This document shows positions 29,894 through 38,770 of a DNA stretch of 48,176 bases, piece by piece. How positions within the stretch are numbered: position 1 is the stretch's first letter; each line of letters starts with the position of its first letter. The position numbers and the translations under genes were made by a program. Below the pieces are notes generated by a model. That model searched no databases, had not been told where the DNA came from, and saw only the letters and a list, made by a program, of their open reading frames with translations. Source of the stretch: Candidatus Yanofskybacteria bacterium (GTDB lineage Bacteria; Patescibacteriota; Minisyncoccia; 2-02-FULL-40-12; GWA2-44-9); contig JACOZW010000022.1 in assembly GCA_016181145.1 (NCBI GenBank), positions 1 through 48,176 of the forward strand, read 5' to 3'.

Positions 29894-30463
29894 ATGAAAA
29901 TAATATTAGGTTCAGAATCAAGCGGACGAAAGAGAGTCTTGAAAAAGATGGGCTATGAATTTGAAGTTATGCCAGCCCGCATTAATGAGAAGTTAATCCG
30001 TTTTGATGACCCGACAGAGCTTACCCTTGCTCTGGCAAATGCTAAGGCCGATGCTTTATTGCCTAAAATAAAAGAACCGGCTATTCTAATTACTGCTGAT
30101 CAGGTTGTTGTCTGTAACGGCAAAATATTGGAAAAACCTTTGAAGGCAAATGAAGCCGAAGAATATCTAAAAATGTATGCGAAATATCCGGCCGAGACAG
30201 TTACCTCGGTGGTTGTAATAAATACTGCAACTGGCAGGCGGGCTGAGGGGACCGATAAGGCCGAAATTTGGTTTAATTCCATTCCGCCCCATATTATTAA
30301 ACACTACATAGAGGGTAAAGATCCTTTTTACCATGCCGGCGGTTTTGACCATGAACACCCCTTGCTCGTGGAATATGTAAAAGAAATAAAAGGCGAACCG
30401 GAAAGTATCTCGGGTTTGCCGTGGACTTTGACTGAAAATTTAATTAAAGAAGTTTCACTATAG
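29894..30463 (+). CDS. maf: Maf-family nucleotide pyrophosphatase
   Basis: IILGSES..R, LANAKA, ITADQVV, ILEKP, AGGF, ISGLP. Confidence 0.9.
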   Translation: MKIILGSESSGRKRVLKKMGYEFEVMPARINEKLIRFDDPTELTLALANAKADALLPKIKEPAILITADQVVVCNGKILEKPLKANEAEEYLKMYAKYPAETVTSVVVINTATGRRAEGTDKAEIWFNSIPPHIIKHYIEGKDPFYHAGGFDHEHPLLVEYVKEIKGEPESISGLPWTLTENLIKEVSL

Positions 30464-30464
30464 G

Positions 30465-30680
30465 ATGAGAATTAATGTAAAGGCAAAACCTAATGCGAGA
30501 GAAGAAATGGTCGAAGAAATTCAACCGGGTGAGTTTGTTGTCTCAGTTAAAGAACCGCCTATTCAGGGAAGGGCCAATACGGCTATTGTCAAGGCTCTTC
30601 AGGAATATTTTCATACTCCGAATATCAGGATAGTATCTGGTTATACATCAAGAAATAAGATCATCGAGGTGGGACAATAA
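30465..30680 (+). CDS. DUF167 (YggU-like) protein
   Basis: VKAKPNA, VKEPPIQGRAN, IVSGYTSRNK. Confidence 0.9.
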   Translation: MRINVKAKPNAREEMVEEIQPGEFVVSVKEPPIQGRANTAIVKALQEYFHTPNIRIVSGYTSRNKIIEVGQ

Positions 30681-30719
30681 AATTTGTGGATGATTGCTTA
30701 GTATGGTATAATTAAGGCA

Positions 30720-31130
30720 ATGAGGCAGATATGGACAATTGTAGTTATAGTAAGTTTTATCTCGGTGTTATCCGGTAGTTTTATCTCTATGGCCTATAGC
30801 GGTACTTATCGGGTTATCTGCTTAGCTACTCAGCTGAATGGTTCGGAAGCTCCTTGCCCCGAGGCAGACCCAATAGGATTTGCTAATTTTCACGGCGAAG
30901 CTCTTAGAAAGTTTTCCAATGTGCTTATAGTTGACGGCCCTGTTTTATTATATGCCATAGTCCTTTTAGCAATTTTAATGCTGGGAACTACTTTAATTGA
31001 TTGGTCCGGCAATAGATCAGCTAAATCGGTCGCAGTTTTATTTTCCAATCTAAGATCTAAAAACCAGCCTCTTTTTGCTGATAATTTAAACTGGTTTTCG
31101 CTTCACGAGAATAGCCCATCTTTGATATAG
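30720..31130 (+). CDS. Hypothetical membrane protein with Cys/His motif and C-terminal HENSP
   Basis: Two hydrophobic segments, C-x11-CP...FH, WFSLHENSPS; TTGTGG-17-TATAAT promoter ends 7 nt before the ATG. Confidence 0.7.
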   Translation: MRQIWTIVVIVSFISVLSGSFISMAYSGTYRVICLATQLNGSEAPCPEADPIGFANFHGEALRKFSNVLIVDGPVLLYAIVLLAILMLGTTLIDWSGNRSAKSVAVLFSNLRSKNQPLFADNLNWFSLHENSPSLI

Positions 31131-31240
31131 GGCAGTCAGGGAGGATCGTGTGCTATCTGGCGGAAGTCGACGATAATTCCTTGTCTTGCCCAATCAGATC
31201 CCGTAAAAAGGGATTTTTTATTGTGAAGGTTAAACTTTAG

Positions 31241-31467
31241 TAGGACTTACACATTTGGCCAAGTTCGAGGCAAAATCGAGCATTAATCCTCATCATACTA
31301 GGGTATGATGAGGATTAAGCGGAGGCGATTCCAAGAGGCGGCTAAAGCACGCCTCCTAAAACCTTCGCCTGGAAAGATTTTAACGAAGAAATTGGCCAAA
31401 CCCTTGTGGCTTGAGCCACGGTAAGCCTATGGATCCCGGGCTTCGTGGCTCAAGCGCGTAAGTTCTA
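31241..31467. mobile_element. Nested palindromic (MITE/REP-like) element
   Basis: Outer IR TAGGACTTACACATTTGGCCAA ... TTGGCCAAA[insert]GCGTAAGTTCTA; internal 16-bp and 12-bp perfect inverted repeats. Confidence 0.7.
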
Positions 31468-31475
31468 TTTAAATT

Positions 31476-32117
31476 ATGAATTATAAAAATAAACAATTAT
31501 TATCACGAATATTATTTCTGGGGCTTTTTGCACTGATTATTGTCGGTATCTTTTGGATGGGGCGCAGTTTGCCCACAGCGCAGGATGGGGTATCGGTGGA
31601 GGCGACTGCTGCCGATTTTCTTCCGACAGGCAATGGCAAAGCTGTTTTAGTTGAGTTTTCTGATTTTCAGTGTCCGGCTTGCAGGGCATACTATCCGCTT
31701 GTTGCGGAGCTTAGAAAAGAATTTTCCGCTAATCTTACCGTTGTATATAAAAATTTTCCTCTGAAGAATATTCACAAGAATGCCGAATTGGCATCTAGGG
31801 CCGGAGAAGCAGCAAAATTACAGGGTAAATTCAATGAAATTGAGGAGATTTTGTTTGCAAAGCAGGATGAATGGGCAAATTCAGGCCAGGCCCTGTCGCT
31901 TTTTCGTAGTTATGCCGAGGATTTGGGACTGGATATGGAAAGATTTGCCCTAGATATCGATTCGAGCTCAGTTAAAGACAAGGTCAACGCAGATTATCAA
32001 GAAGGTATTAGTCTTGGTGTGAGCGGAACGCCGACGTTTTTCTTGAACGGTAAAAAAATAACTAACCCGCGAAGTTATGATGAATTCAAATCTATTATCG
32101 AGCAATCGATTAAGTAA
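31476..32117 (+). CDS. DsbA-family thiol-disulfide oxidoreductase
   Basis: N-terminal TM, EFSDFQCPAC, NFPL, GVSGTPTFFLNG. Confidence 0.92.
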   Translation: MNYKNKQLLSRILFLGLFALIIVGIFWMGRSLPTAQDGVSVEATAADFLPTGNGKAVLVEFSDFQCPACRAYYPLVAELRKEFSANLTVVYKNFPLKNIHKNAELASRAGEAAKLQGKFNEIEEILFAKQDEWANSGQALSLFRSYAEDLGLDMERFALDIDSSSVKDKVNADYQEGISLGVSGTPTFFLNGKKITNPRSYDEFKSIIEQSIK

Positions 32118-32547
32118 CTCGGTTCTGTTAAGAGTAATGGTTGTCGCCGCTTTGATAGGTTTTGCTGATACGGCTTACCTGACATGGAATCATTATTTTG
32201 GTTCTGGTATCCAGTGTATTTTACTTGAGGGGTGCGAGGTGGTTCTGGCGAGCCCATATTCTGAGATATTCTCGATTCCTCTATCGGCGATGGGCCTGGC
32301 TTTTTACGTCGGAATATTTGTTCTGATAAATATTGTCGATATATACCAGGACCATCTTTCGCTGAAACTGCTGTTGTTGGGCAGTACTCTGGGTTTTATT
32401 TCCTCTCTTATATTATTGTATCTTCAACTATTCGTTATCGAGGCACTATGCTTTTATTGTTTGACATCGCTCGGAACGTCAACAGCAGTTTTTATCTTAA
32501 GCGTGGTATTATATAAGAGAAGGTCTAATCAGCCGTTAACTCAATAG
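32077..32547 (+). CDS. Vitamin K epoxide reductase (VKOR) family protein
   Basis: C-x5-CEVVLASPYS...IPLS, LCFYC; follows DsbA; exact start uncertain. Confidence 0.9.
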   Translation: MMNSNLLSSNRLSNSVLLRVMVVAALIGFADTAYLTWNHYFGSGIQCILLEGCEVVLASPYSEIFSIPLSAMGLAFYVGIFVLINIVDIYQDHLSLKLLLLGSTLGFISSLILLYLQLFVIEALCFYCLTSLGTSTAVFILSVVLYKRRSNQPLTQ

Positions 32548-32605
32548 ATTGGTACTTGGGTAGCCGCATTAAGCGTCTGCTTGTGTGCTGACTGTTGTTG
32601 TAAAA

Positions 32606-32995
32606 ATGAATAGTAAATTTTTCGAGTGGGTCTTGAGGATCGGTATTGCCGGCGAATTTATCGGCCATGGGGTTTTTGCCCTGCAGGGCAAAAAGGATTG
32701 GATAGGGTGGTTTGCTAATTTTGGCGTCAGTGATCCGGAAGTGGCTAAGACATTATTGCTTCTCGTGGGATTGATGGATCTGGCTGTAGCATTGATTGTT
32801 TTATTCAAGCCGATCAGGATTGCACTCCTTTGGGCGGTTGTCTGGGGATTTTGGACAGCATTATTAAGACCTCTTGTCGGGATGCCGATTTGGGATTTTA
32901 TCGAGAGGTGGGCTAACTGGAGTGCACCTTTGGCACTACTGGCTTTTTATGGCTGGCCTAAGAGTTTGGGCGGTTGGTTCAGGAAAAACAATTAG
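32606..32995 (+). CDS. DoxX-like membrane protein
   Basis: WVLRIGIAGEFIGHG, FIERWANW; 3-4 TM segments. Confidence 0.6.
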   Translation: MNSKFFEWVLRIGIAGEFIGHGVFALQGKKDWIGWFANFGVSDPEVAKTLLLLVGLMDLAVALIVLFKPIRIALLWAVVWGFWTALLRPLVGMPIWDFIERWANWSAPLALLAFYGWPKSLGGWFRKNN

Positions 32996-33004
32996 AAAAC
33001 AATA

Positions 33005-33925
33005 ATGGGGCTTCATAGATTTTCATCGGTATCGTATTTCAGAAATTTTATCTTCGGGGTCGAAGATAGTTTAGTCTCGACAGTCGGTCTTTTGTCCGGT
33101 GTGGCTATAGCTGGTGTGCCGAAGGCTACGATATTTCTTACGGGCATAGTGTTGTTATTAGTCGAGGGGTTAGCTATGGCAGCAGGAAGTTTTCTTACGG
33201 AATCATCGGTTGAGGAGTATACCCATAAGGCCAAAGGGTCGATAGGAGGTAACATAATATCAGGCACCATTATGTTCTTTTCCTATTTTCTCTCGGGGTT
33301 TATCCCGCTTTCACCATACATATTCTGGCCAGTTGATGTGGCTTTAAAATTATCAGTTTGTTTTTCAGTGATAGCCTTATTTTTTCTTGGTGTGGTCGGA
33401 GCTAAGATGTCAGATACTCGCATTTTAAAGGACGGATTAAGAATGGTATTTGTCGGCGGAATAGCAATTGCTGTGGGAATGTTCGCAGGCAGTATCCTAT
33501 CCAATCCTATAATCAAAAACAATATGAATGGATATGTAATAAATATAGAGAAAGCTTCGATAGAAAATGAAAACTTTCGGAAGGTTTTATATACGACCCA
33601 GAATAGCCAACTAGTTGTTATGAGTCTGAAGCCGGGTGAAGAGATAGGTTCCGAAGTTCATCAGCTAGACCAATTTATAAGGGTTGAGACTGGAAGCGGA
33701 AAGACAATATTAAATGGTTTTGAACATGAGTTAAAAGACGGTTCTGCCATAGTTGTACCGGCCGGAGTCGAACACAATATTATCAATACCTCCGATGTAG
33801 AGATGAAGCTTTATACGGTTTATTCTCCTCCTAATCATCGTGATCAAATAATACATAAAACGAAAGCGGATGCTTCTGCTGATGAAGAAGAACACTTCGA
33901 CGGCAAGACAACCGAGTCGCCATAA
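33005..33925 (+). CDS. VIT1/CCC1 metal transporter fused to a cupin domain
   Basis: FIFGVEDSLVST...EGLAMAAGSF (VIT1), then MNGYVINIEK...EVHQLDQF...VPAGVEHN...YSPPNH (cupin). Confidence 0.8.
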   Translation: MGLHRFSSVSYFRNFIFGVEDSLVSTVGLLSGVAIAGVPKATIFLTGIVLLLVEGLAMAAGSFLTESSVEEYTHKAKGSIGGNIISGTIMFFSYFLSGFIPLSPYIFWPVDVALKLSVCFSVIALFFLGVVGAKMSDTRILKDGLRMVFVGGIAIAVGMFAGSILSNPIIKNNMNGYVINIEKASIENENFRKVLYTTQNSQLVVMSLKPGEEIGSEVHQLDQFIRVETGSGKTILNGFEHELKDGSAIVVPAGVEHNIINTSDVEMKLYTVYSPPNHRDQIIHKTKADASADEEEHFDGKTTESP

Positions 33926-33931
33926 AATAAT

Positions 33932-34693
33932 ATGTTTGAACTAAAAGATAAGATAGCAATTGTCACCGGAGCCAGAAGGGGAATGGGACGGACTCATGCT
34001 TTGGCTCTAGCTACTCAAGGGGCTAAGTTGGTTGTAACTGACATTGATACAAATGAGTGTATGTCAGTCGTCGAAGAAATAAAGACAAGTGGAGGTGAGG
34101 CAATATGTTTTAAAATGGATGTTTCCAATCAGGCAGAGGTTAATCAGGTTTTTGATGAGGTGATTAAGCATTATGGCCGTCTGGATATATTAGTTAATAA
34201 TGCTGGCATCTATTCTCCTAAGCCGGCACTTGAGATAACTGAAGAAGAATGGGAGAGGACGATTCATATTAACTTGAAAGGACAATTTTTGTGCGCCCAA
34301 AGAGCAGCTAGGGAAATGGCTAAGAATAAATGGGGGAGGATTATCAATATTTCTTCTGTTGCTTCTGGCCAAGTCGGTGTTGGCATAGCCGGCGGAGCTC
34401 ACTATACGGCATCAAAGGGCGGAATTATTGGTATGACTGAGACATTAGCAATTGAATGGGCCCCGTTGGGTATAAATGTGAATGCTATAGGTCCTGGTGC
34501 AATTGATACACCTATGGTCTCGGCTTCTCAAATACCCAAAGATGCGATGGATGCTATGCTTGCGGCTGTGCCATTGAAACGCATCGGGCGTCCTGAAGAA
34601 GTTTCGGCTGCGGTTGTGTTTCTGGCGTCAGAAGAAGCAAGTTATATTACCGGAGCGACATTATATGTTGATGGCGGCTGGCTTGCCGCGTAG
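33932..34693 (+). CDS. SDR oxidoreductase (FabG-like)
   Basis: TGARRGMG, LVNNAG, YTASKGG, NAIGPG, ITGATLYVDGG. Confidence 0.92.
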   Translation: MFELKDKIAIVTGARRGMGRTHALALATQGAKLVVTDIDTNECMSVVEEIKTSGGEAICFKMDVSNQAEVNQVFDEVIKHYGRLDILVNNAGIYSPKPALEITEEEWERTIHINLKGQFLCAQRAAREMAKNKWGRIINISSVASGQVGVGIAGGAHYTASKGGIIGMTETLAIEWAPLGINVNAIGPGAIDTPMVSASQIPKDAMDAMLAAVPLKRIGRPEEVSAAVVFLASEEASYITGATLYVDGGWLAA

Positions 34694-34776
34694 TGAAAGT
34701 TCGAGATATAATTTTTGTTTAACAAAAATTATCAGCTGAAAGCAGCTCGAACTTCTACTACCTGGTTGGCTTCTTA

Positions 34777-34889
34777 ATCCCGTTAGAGATACCCTGACGG
34801 GTTTATACGAAAAGTCATAAGTTTAGGTAACGCAGTAATTTCTATCACCGCATGGTGGTAGCAAGCGCTTGCGCTATCTCTAACGGGAT
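34777..34889. mobile_element. MITE-like element of the same family as the secA insertion
   Basis: 15-bp perfect terminal IR ATCCCGTTAGAGATA / TATCTCTAACGGGAT. Confidence 0.75.
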
Positions 34890-35373
34890 GGATAAACAAA
34901 AACTCACAAAATTTTCCTTGGATTTTTTGAGAAAGCAGAAGATAGCTTTTGTATCCACTGTCTCCGCGCAGGGCGATCCGCAGGTAGCCATGATCTATTG
35001 TGCTGTTGATGATGATTTTACATTTAACTTTATCACTACTTCCGGGAGTAGAAAATTCCAGAACATAAAAAATAATCCCCATGTTGCTATTGCCGTAGGT
35101 TCTCCCGAGGATCTTATTACCATTCAGTGCGGAGGCCATGCCGTGTTAGTAGATTATGGCAATACAGATGTCAGGCGGGGCGGAGAGATAATACATAAAG
35201 TCATGTCTCAGGCTGGTTTAACGAACTCACCTGAATGGCCGGTTCTTCTGAGCTTTCCCAAAACCGAACTGGGACTTTTCACGGTAAAGCCCGATTGGAT
35301 GGTTTTGTTGGACCTTAATTACAAAAAAGATCCGGATAACTATGCGCATGAATATCAGGTCGTACTACCTTAG
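34888..35373 (+). CDS. Pyridoxamine 5'-phosphate oxidase-like FMN-binding protein
   Basis: AFVSTV..GDP, FITTSGSRKFQNIKNNPHVAI, IQCGGHA. Confidence 0.85.
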   Translation: MDKQKLTKFSLDFLRKQKIAFVSTVSAQGDPQVAMIYCAVDDDFTFNFITTSGSRKFQNIKNNPHVAIAVGSPEDLITIQCGGHAVLVDYGNTDVRRGGEIIHKVMSQAGLTNSPEWPVLLSFPKTELGLFTVKPDWMVLLDLNYKKDPDNYAHEYQVVLP

Positions 35374-35466
35374 TTTCCCGGTGTTGGTAAATAAGCACTA
35401 TTTCGAATGTTTTCTGGTCGCATTAAAAACCGTCCGGAACGACATCTCGAAGTAATTATATCAGGC

Positions 35467-35949
35467 ATGAAAAAAATTCTTATGGTTACGTCGATACTGG
35501 CAATTGTTGCCGGAATCGTTATGGTCGGGGGAGGAGTATGGGGAATTATATTTACATATAAAAATGTAGCTCAGGAGAAAATTACAACGCCGGCAGATGC
35601 TTCAATACCGAAAGCTCCGGTACTAGGTCCGCTTACGCTCAAGGCTCAGGCGGATATTATCAGGAAGCATACGCTCGAGACCACTGATGGTAAGGTTTTT
35701 GCTGAAATGCCGCGCCAGATTCAGAAGTTGGATGTTGACGGAAAGCCCGTTTTAGATGCTGACGGCAAACCGGTGATGACAGCAAATACCGCTCGTGATA
35801 TGTGGATAACAGCTACAACTCTAAATAACGCACTTAATTTAGGAATTATGGCGTATGCATTATCTAGTTTCATATTATTCTTAGGATTGGTGTTTGTCTG
35901 GATCGGAGCAGTTTTTTGCGTTCTAGGTAAACAAAAACCCGCTCTTTAA
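35467..35949 (+). CDS. Hypothetical membrane protein
   Basis: N- and C-terminal TM segments; GPLTLKAQADIIRKH core. Confidence 0.75.
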   Translation: MKKILMVTSILAIVAGIVMVGGGVWGIIFTYKNVAQEKITTPADASIPKAPVLGPLTLKAQADIIRKHTLETTDGKVFAEMPRQIQKLDVDGKPVLDADGKPVMTANTARDMWITATTLNNALNLGIMAYALSSFILFLGLVFVWIGAVFCVLGKQKPAL

Positions 35950-35958
35950 TGAGCGGGT
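35933..35958 (-). terminator. Array terminator, copy 3
   Basis: ACCCGCTC-ATTAAA-GAGCGGGT-TTTT on the minus strand. Confidence 0.85.
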
Positions 35959-35964
35959 GATGGG

Positions 35965-36582
35965 CTATATTCTCTCTTGTCCTGGTAGATAGGAATCCTC
36001 GTCACTGAATGTCGGGCCTCGCCAGGCGTCGATGATGGAGCCAAATTCGGACCATGCACCGCCCTTTATTATATCAACAGTAAGAAAACATATTACGCCA
36101 TCGTTGCCTAACTGGTAATTACCCGCATCATCAATTGTTTGGCTGGCATTTAAAAGAAGCCTCTCTTTTTTATCGGCACCGGCTGCTTCTAGTATATTGA
36201 CTATTTTTCTGAGGACTCTTGGGGGAATGGGCCCGCATTCTTTTAGGTTTCTCCATCTCCATGAAATATGGCCATATTTTCTAGATAGGTTTTCTGCCTG
36301 TTTGTTCAAAATAGTGTTGGTTGCTGTATGGTTATAACGACGACAACCTGTCCGTTTTAGGATTTGTAACATCCATAGCCCCGATAAAGATTTATTGCTG
36401 TGCCCTGATTGCTCGGCAAGTTTTATGTATTCATCAAGCTCCTGATCCGTTATTTTTAAGACTATGTCTTCTGGTTCTGGCACTACAAGCTCACCATCAT
36501 CCCTGATCAAATCCGCCGAGGGCGCCTGAACTGTTGCCAGGGCAGTTGTTTGCTTGCCCCGTAGTTTTGAAAGAACTCCCAT
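35965..36582 (-). CDS. Array paralog g6 (leader A, SYLPGQERI tail), unknown function
   Basis: Start set at MGVLSK by homology and SD GAGAGG; APSADLIR ... PIPPR ... ICFL ... IIDAWRGPTFSDE. Confidence 0.9.
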   Translation of the reverse strand: MGVLSKLRGKQTTALATVQAPSADLIRDDGELVVPEPEDIVLKITDQELDEYIKLAEQSGHSNKSLSGLWMLQILKRTGCRRYNHTATNTILNKQAENLSRKYGHISWRWRNLKECGPIPPRVLRKIVNILEAAGADKKERLLLNASQTIDDAGNYQLGNDGVICFLTVDIIKGGAWSEFGSIIDAWRGPTFSDEDSYLPGQERI

Positions 36583-36601
36583 CTTGGTTCCTCTCTTAAG
36601 C

Positions 36602-36648
36602 ATTCAATCTGGCCAGATTCTATAGTATAAATGCTGAATTGTCAAGGT
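36602..36648 (-). promoter_or_regulatory. Array promoter, copy 3, with 14-bp palindrome
   Basis: TTGACA-17-TAGAAT; AATCTGGCCAGATT at 36606-36619. Confidence 0.8.
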
Positions 36649-36698
36649 AGATATGACACACCCCGATTTCGCAGGAGGATAGCTATTAAACAGAGTTC

Positions 36699-36725
36699 AA
36701 AAAACCCGCTCTTTAATAGGCGGGT
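36699..36725 (-). terminator. Array terminator, copy 2
   Basis: ACCCGCCT-ATTAAA-GAGCGGGT-TTTTT on the minus strand. Confidence 0.8.
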
Positions 36726-36731
36726 GATGGA

Positions 36732-37382
36732 CTATATTCTCTCTTGTCCTGGTAGATAGGACTCCTCGTCACTGAAGGTCGGACCACGCCAGGCGTCGAT
36801 GATGAATCCATCTCGATCACTTCTGCTATCCTGTGTAAGTCCTAATCCAAGAAGAAATGTTAATGTCTTATGGGCCGTATAGGCGCCGACTGATTTATCA
36901 TATTCCCTCTCCAATATCCCTGATATAGTAAATTGGAGATCATCTGGGTGGGTAAAGTTGCTTCTAATCTCGTTTATTTTGTTGACAATCCTTGGCGGGA
37001 TAGGAGGACCGTAAGATGTATAATCGCACGTATCAGTTCTGCATATATAAATAGATCTATTACGATTTTTTTTACGAAGGTATTTTTGGGTTTTATGTTC
37101 AAAATCTGAAAGTTTCTCTTTGCCATACTGCTTACAGCCCAGCTTTATTAAGAGGTGACGAAGCCTTTCTTTTTTTAGTCCAAAGCTTTGGTAGTCCGCA
37201 TTATTTATAAGCTCCATATATCTTGCCAGTTCTTCGGGACTATGTTGGCATTCTATTTCTACCATTTTTGGTAATTCTGGTTCTGTATCATCCCTGATCA
37301 AATCCGCCGACGGCGCTTTAACCAATGCCGAATCCTGTGTTTGCGACTGGCTTTTTCTTCGAAACAATGTCATTACACTCAT
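36732..37382 (-). CDS. Array paralog g5 (leader B, SYLPGQERI tail)
   Basis: MSVMTLFRRKS...APSADLIR...IIDAWRGPTFSDEE. Confidence 0.9.
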   Translation of the reverse strand: MSVMTLFRRKSQSQTQDSALVKAPSADLIRDDTEPELPKMVEIECQHSPEELARYMELINNADYQSFGLKKERLRHLLIKLGCKQYGKEKLSDFEHKTQKYLRKKNRNRSIYICRTDTCDYTSYGPPIPPRIVNKINEIRSNFTHPDDLQFTISGILEREYDKSVGAYTAHKTLTFLLGLGLTQDSRSDRDGFIIDAWRGPTFSDEESYLPGQERI

Positions 37383-37432
37383 ATCTTCGCCTCCTCATCG
37401 CTGAAGGTCGGACCACGCCAGGCGTCGATGAT
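37287..37432. repeat. 146-bp coupling junction J1, copy 3
   Basis: Same length as and similar to 37895-38040 and 39353-39498. Confidence 0.9.
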
Positions 37433-37990
37433 GACCCTCCATGGCTTTGGAGGATAGCCACTATTCCCATCTAATTTCAGAAAGCAAATTTCTTGTCTTT
37501 CTTTCTTTTCTTTCTGCGGAACTTCTTGAATGTCGGTTATCCAGAAAAAGACTGTTTTTTCTTGGATGCCTTCAATATTGTCTTTTATTTTGTTTAGCTT
37601 TTTCAGCACACCGAGCGGAAGTGGCTTTTTATATTCATCGAGACGCCTCCAATCCCATATCAGATCTCTCCTGGTTGTTTTTCCTAAGCACATTGCCTGT
37701 CTATCCATAAAGGACCTAACCTCTTCTGGGTCATAATAACAAAAATTGCCCAGTTTTAACTTCCATAGCATTTCTTCTCTAAAGATTATGGGGGGAAAAT
37801 ATTCTAAATATTTTGCAAGGATAGTATATTCACTAAATTTATCCATCGGAATTTCACATTGTATTTCTCTTGGTTCGGGTATGACCAACTCATTATCTCC
37901 CCTTATCAAATCCGCCGAGGGCGCTTTAACCAATGCCGAATCCTGCGTTTGCAACCTGCTCTTTCTTCGAAACAATGTCATTACACTCAT
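37379..37990 (-). CDS. Array paralog g4 (leader B, AKI tail)
   Basis: Same terminal motifs; ATGA overlaps at both ends. Confidence 0.9.
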   Translation of the reverse strand: MSVMTLFRRKSRLQTQDSALVKAPSADLIRGDNELVIPEPREIQCEIPMDKFSEYTILAKYLEYFPPIIFREEMLWKLKLGNFCYYDPEEVRSFMDRQAMCLGKTTRRDLIWDWRRLDEYKKPLPLGVLKKLNKIKDNIEGIQEKTVFFWITDIQEVPQKEKKERQEICFLKLDGNSGYPPKPWRVIIDAWRGPTFSDEEAKI

Positions 37991-38040
37991 ATCTTCGCCT
38001 CCTCATCACTGAAGGTCGGACCACGCCAGGCGTCGATGAT
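37895..38040. repeat. 146-bp coupling junction J1, copy 2
   Basis: Direct repeat spanning the tail of g3 and the leader of g4. Confidence 0.9.
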
Positions 38041-38622
38041 GAGAGATTCTTCTTCGGGTGCGTCACTGCTTACGGCGACTTTCAGGAAACATATTTCGGT
38101 TCCGCGTTTCATGGGGATAACTCTTAATTTATTATTTCTATTTTCAGTATTTACTTTTCCATCATAGCGGTAAGTTACCCATACGATGTCTGAAACAAAA
38201 AATAGTAAATTTCTATCCATGGTAGCTACAGTCTTTACTACTCTATATGGCAGGGGATGTCGGTATTCTTTAATATCGACCCATTGCCACCAAAGATCAT
38301 CTCCGAGATGAAGGGTGCGGTGTGCGTACTCTATGTATCGCTTCATGAAACTGTCTACTTCTGATTTAGTATAAACCCTAAAATTCTCATATTTTAAGCG
38401 GTGTAGTAACTTTTCTCTACTGACAGCTACTTCGGGTAATCTATAACAGAAATTGGTTGTCTGGGTATAAGTGGTTAATTTTTTTGAATCCATCTCGGGT
38501 TCTATCTCTCTTGGTTCTGGGCACCATAACTCATTATCATCCCTGATCAAATCCGCCGAGGGTGCTTGAACTGTTGCCAGGGCAGTTGTTTGCTTGCCCC
38601 GTAGTTTTGAAAGAACTCCCAT
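37987..38622 (-). CDS. Array paralog g3 (leader A, AKI tail)
   Basis: MGVLSKLRGKQ...IIDAWRGPTFSDEEAKI. Confidence 0.9.
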   Translation of the reverse strand: MGVLSKLRGKQTTALATVQAPSADLIRDDNELWCPEPREIEPEMDSKKLTTYTQTTNFCYRLPEVAVSREKLLHRLKYENFRVYTKSEVDSFMKRYIEYAHRTLHLGDDLWWQWVDIKEYRHPLPYRVVKTVATMDRNLLFFVSDIVWVTYRYDGKVNTENRNNKLRVIPMKRGTEICFLKVAVSSDAPEEESLIIDAWRGPTFSDEEAKI

Positions 38623-38641
38623 CTCAGTTCCTCTCTAGAGT

Positions 38642-38688
38642 ATTCAATCTGGCCAGATTTTATAGTATAAATGCTGAATTGTCAAGGT
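38642..38688 (-). promoter_or_regulatory. Array promoter, copy 2, with 14-bp palindrome
   Basis: TTGACA-17-TAAAAT; AATCTGGCCAGATT at 38646-38659. Confidence 0.8.
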
Positions 38689-38737
38689 AAGCGAACTGGT
38701 AGATATTGACACACCCCAATTCCGTTAAGCAGAGTTC

Positions 38738-38764
38738 AAAAAACCCGCTCTTTAATGAGCGGGT
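38738..38764 (-). terminator. Array terminator, copy 1
   Basis: ACCCGCTC-ATTAAA-GAGCGGGT-TTTTT on the minus strand. Confidence 0.85.
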
Positions 38765-38770
38765 GATGGA

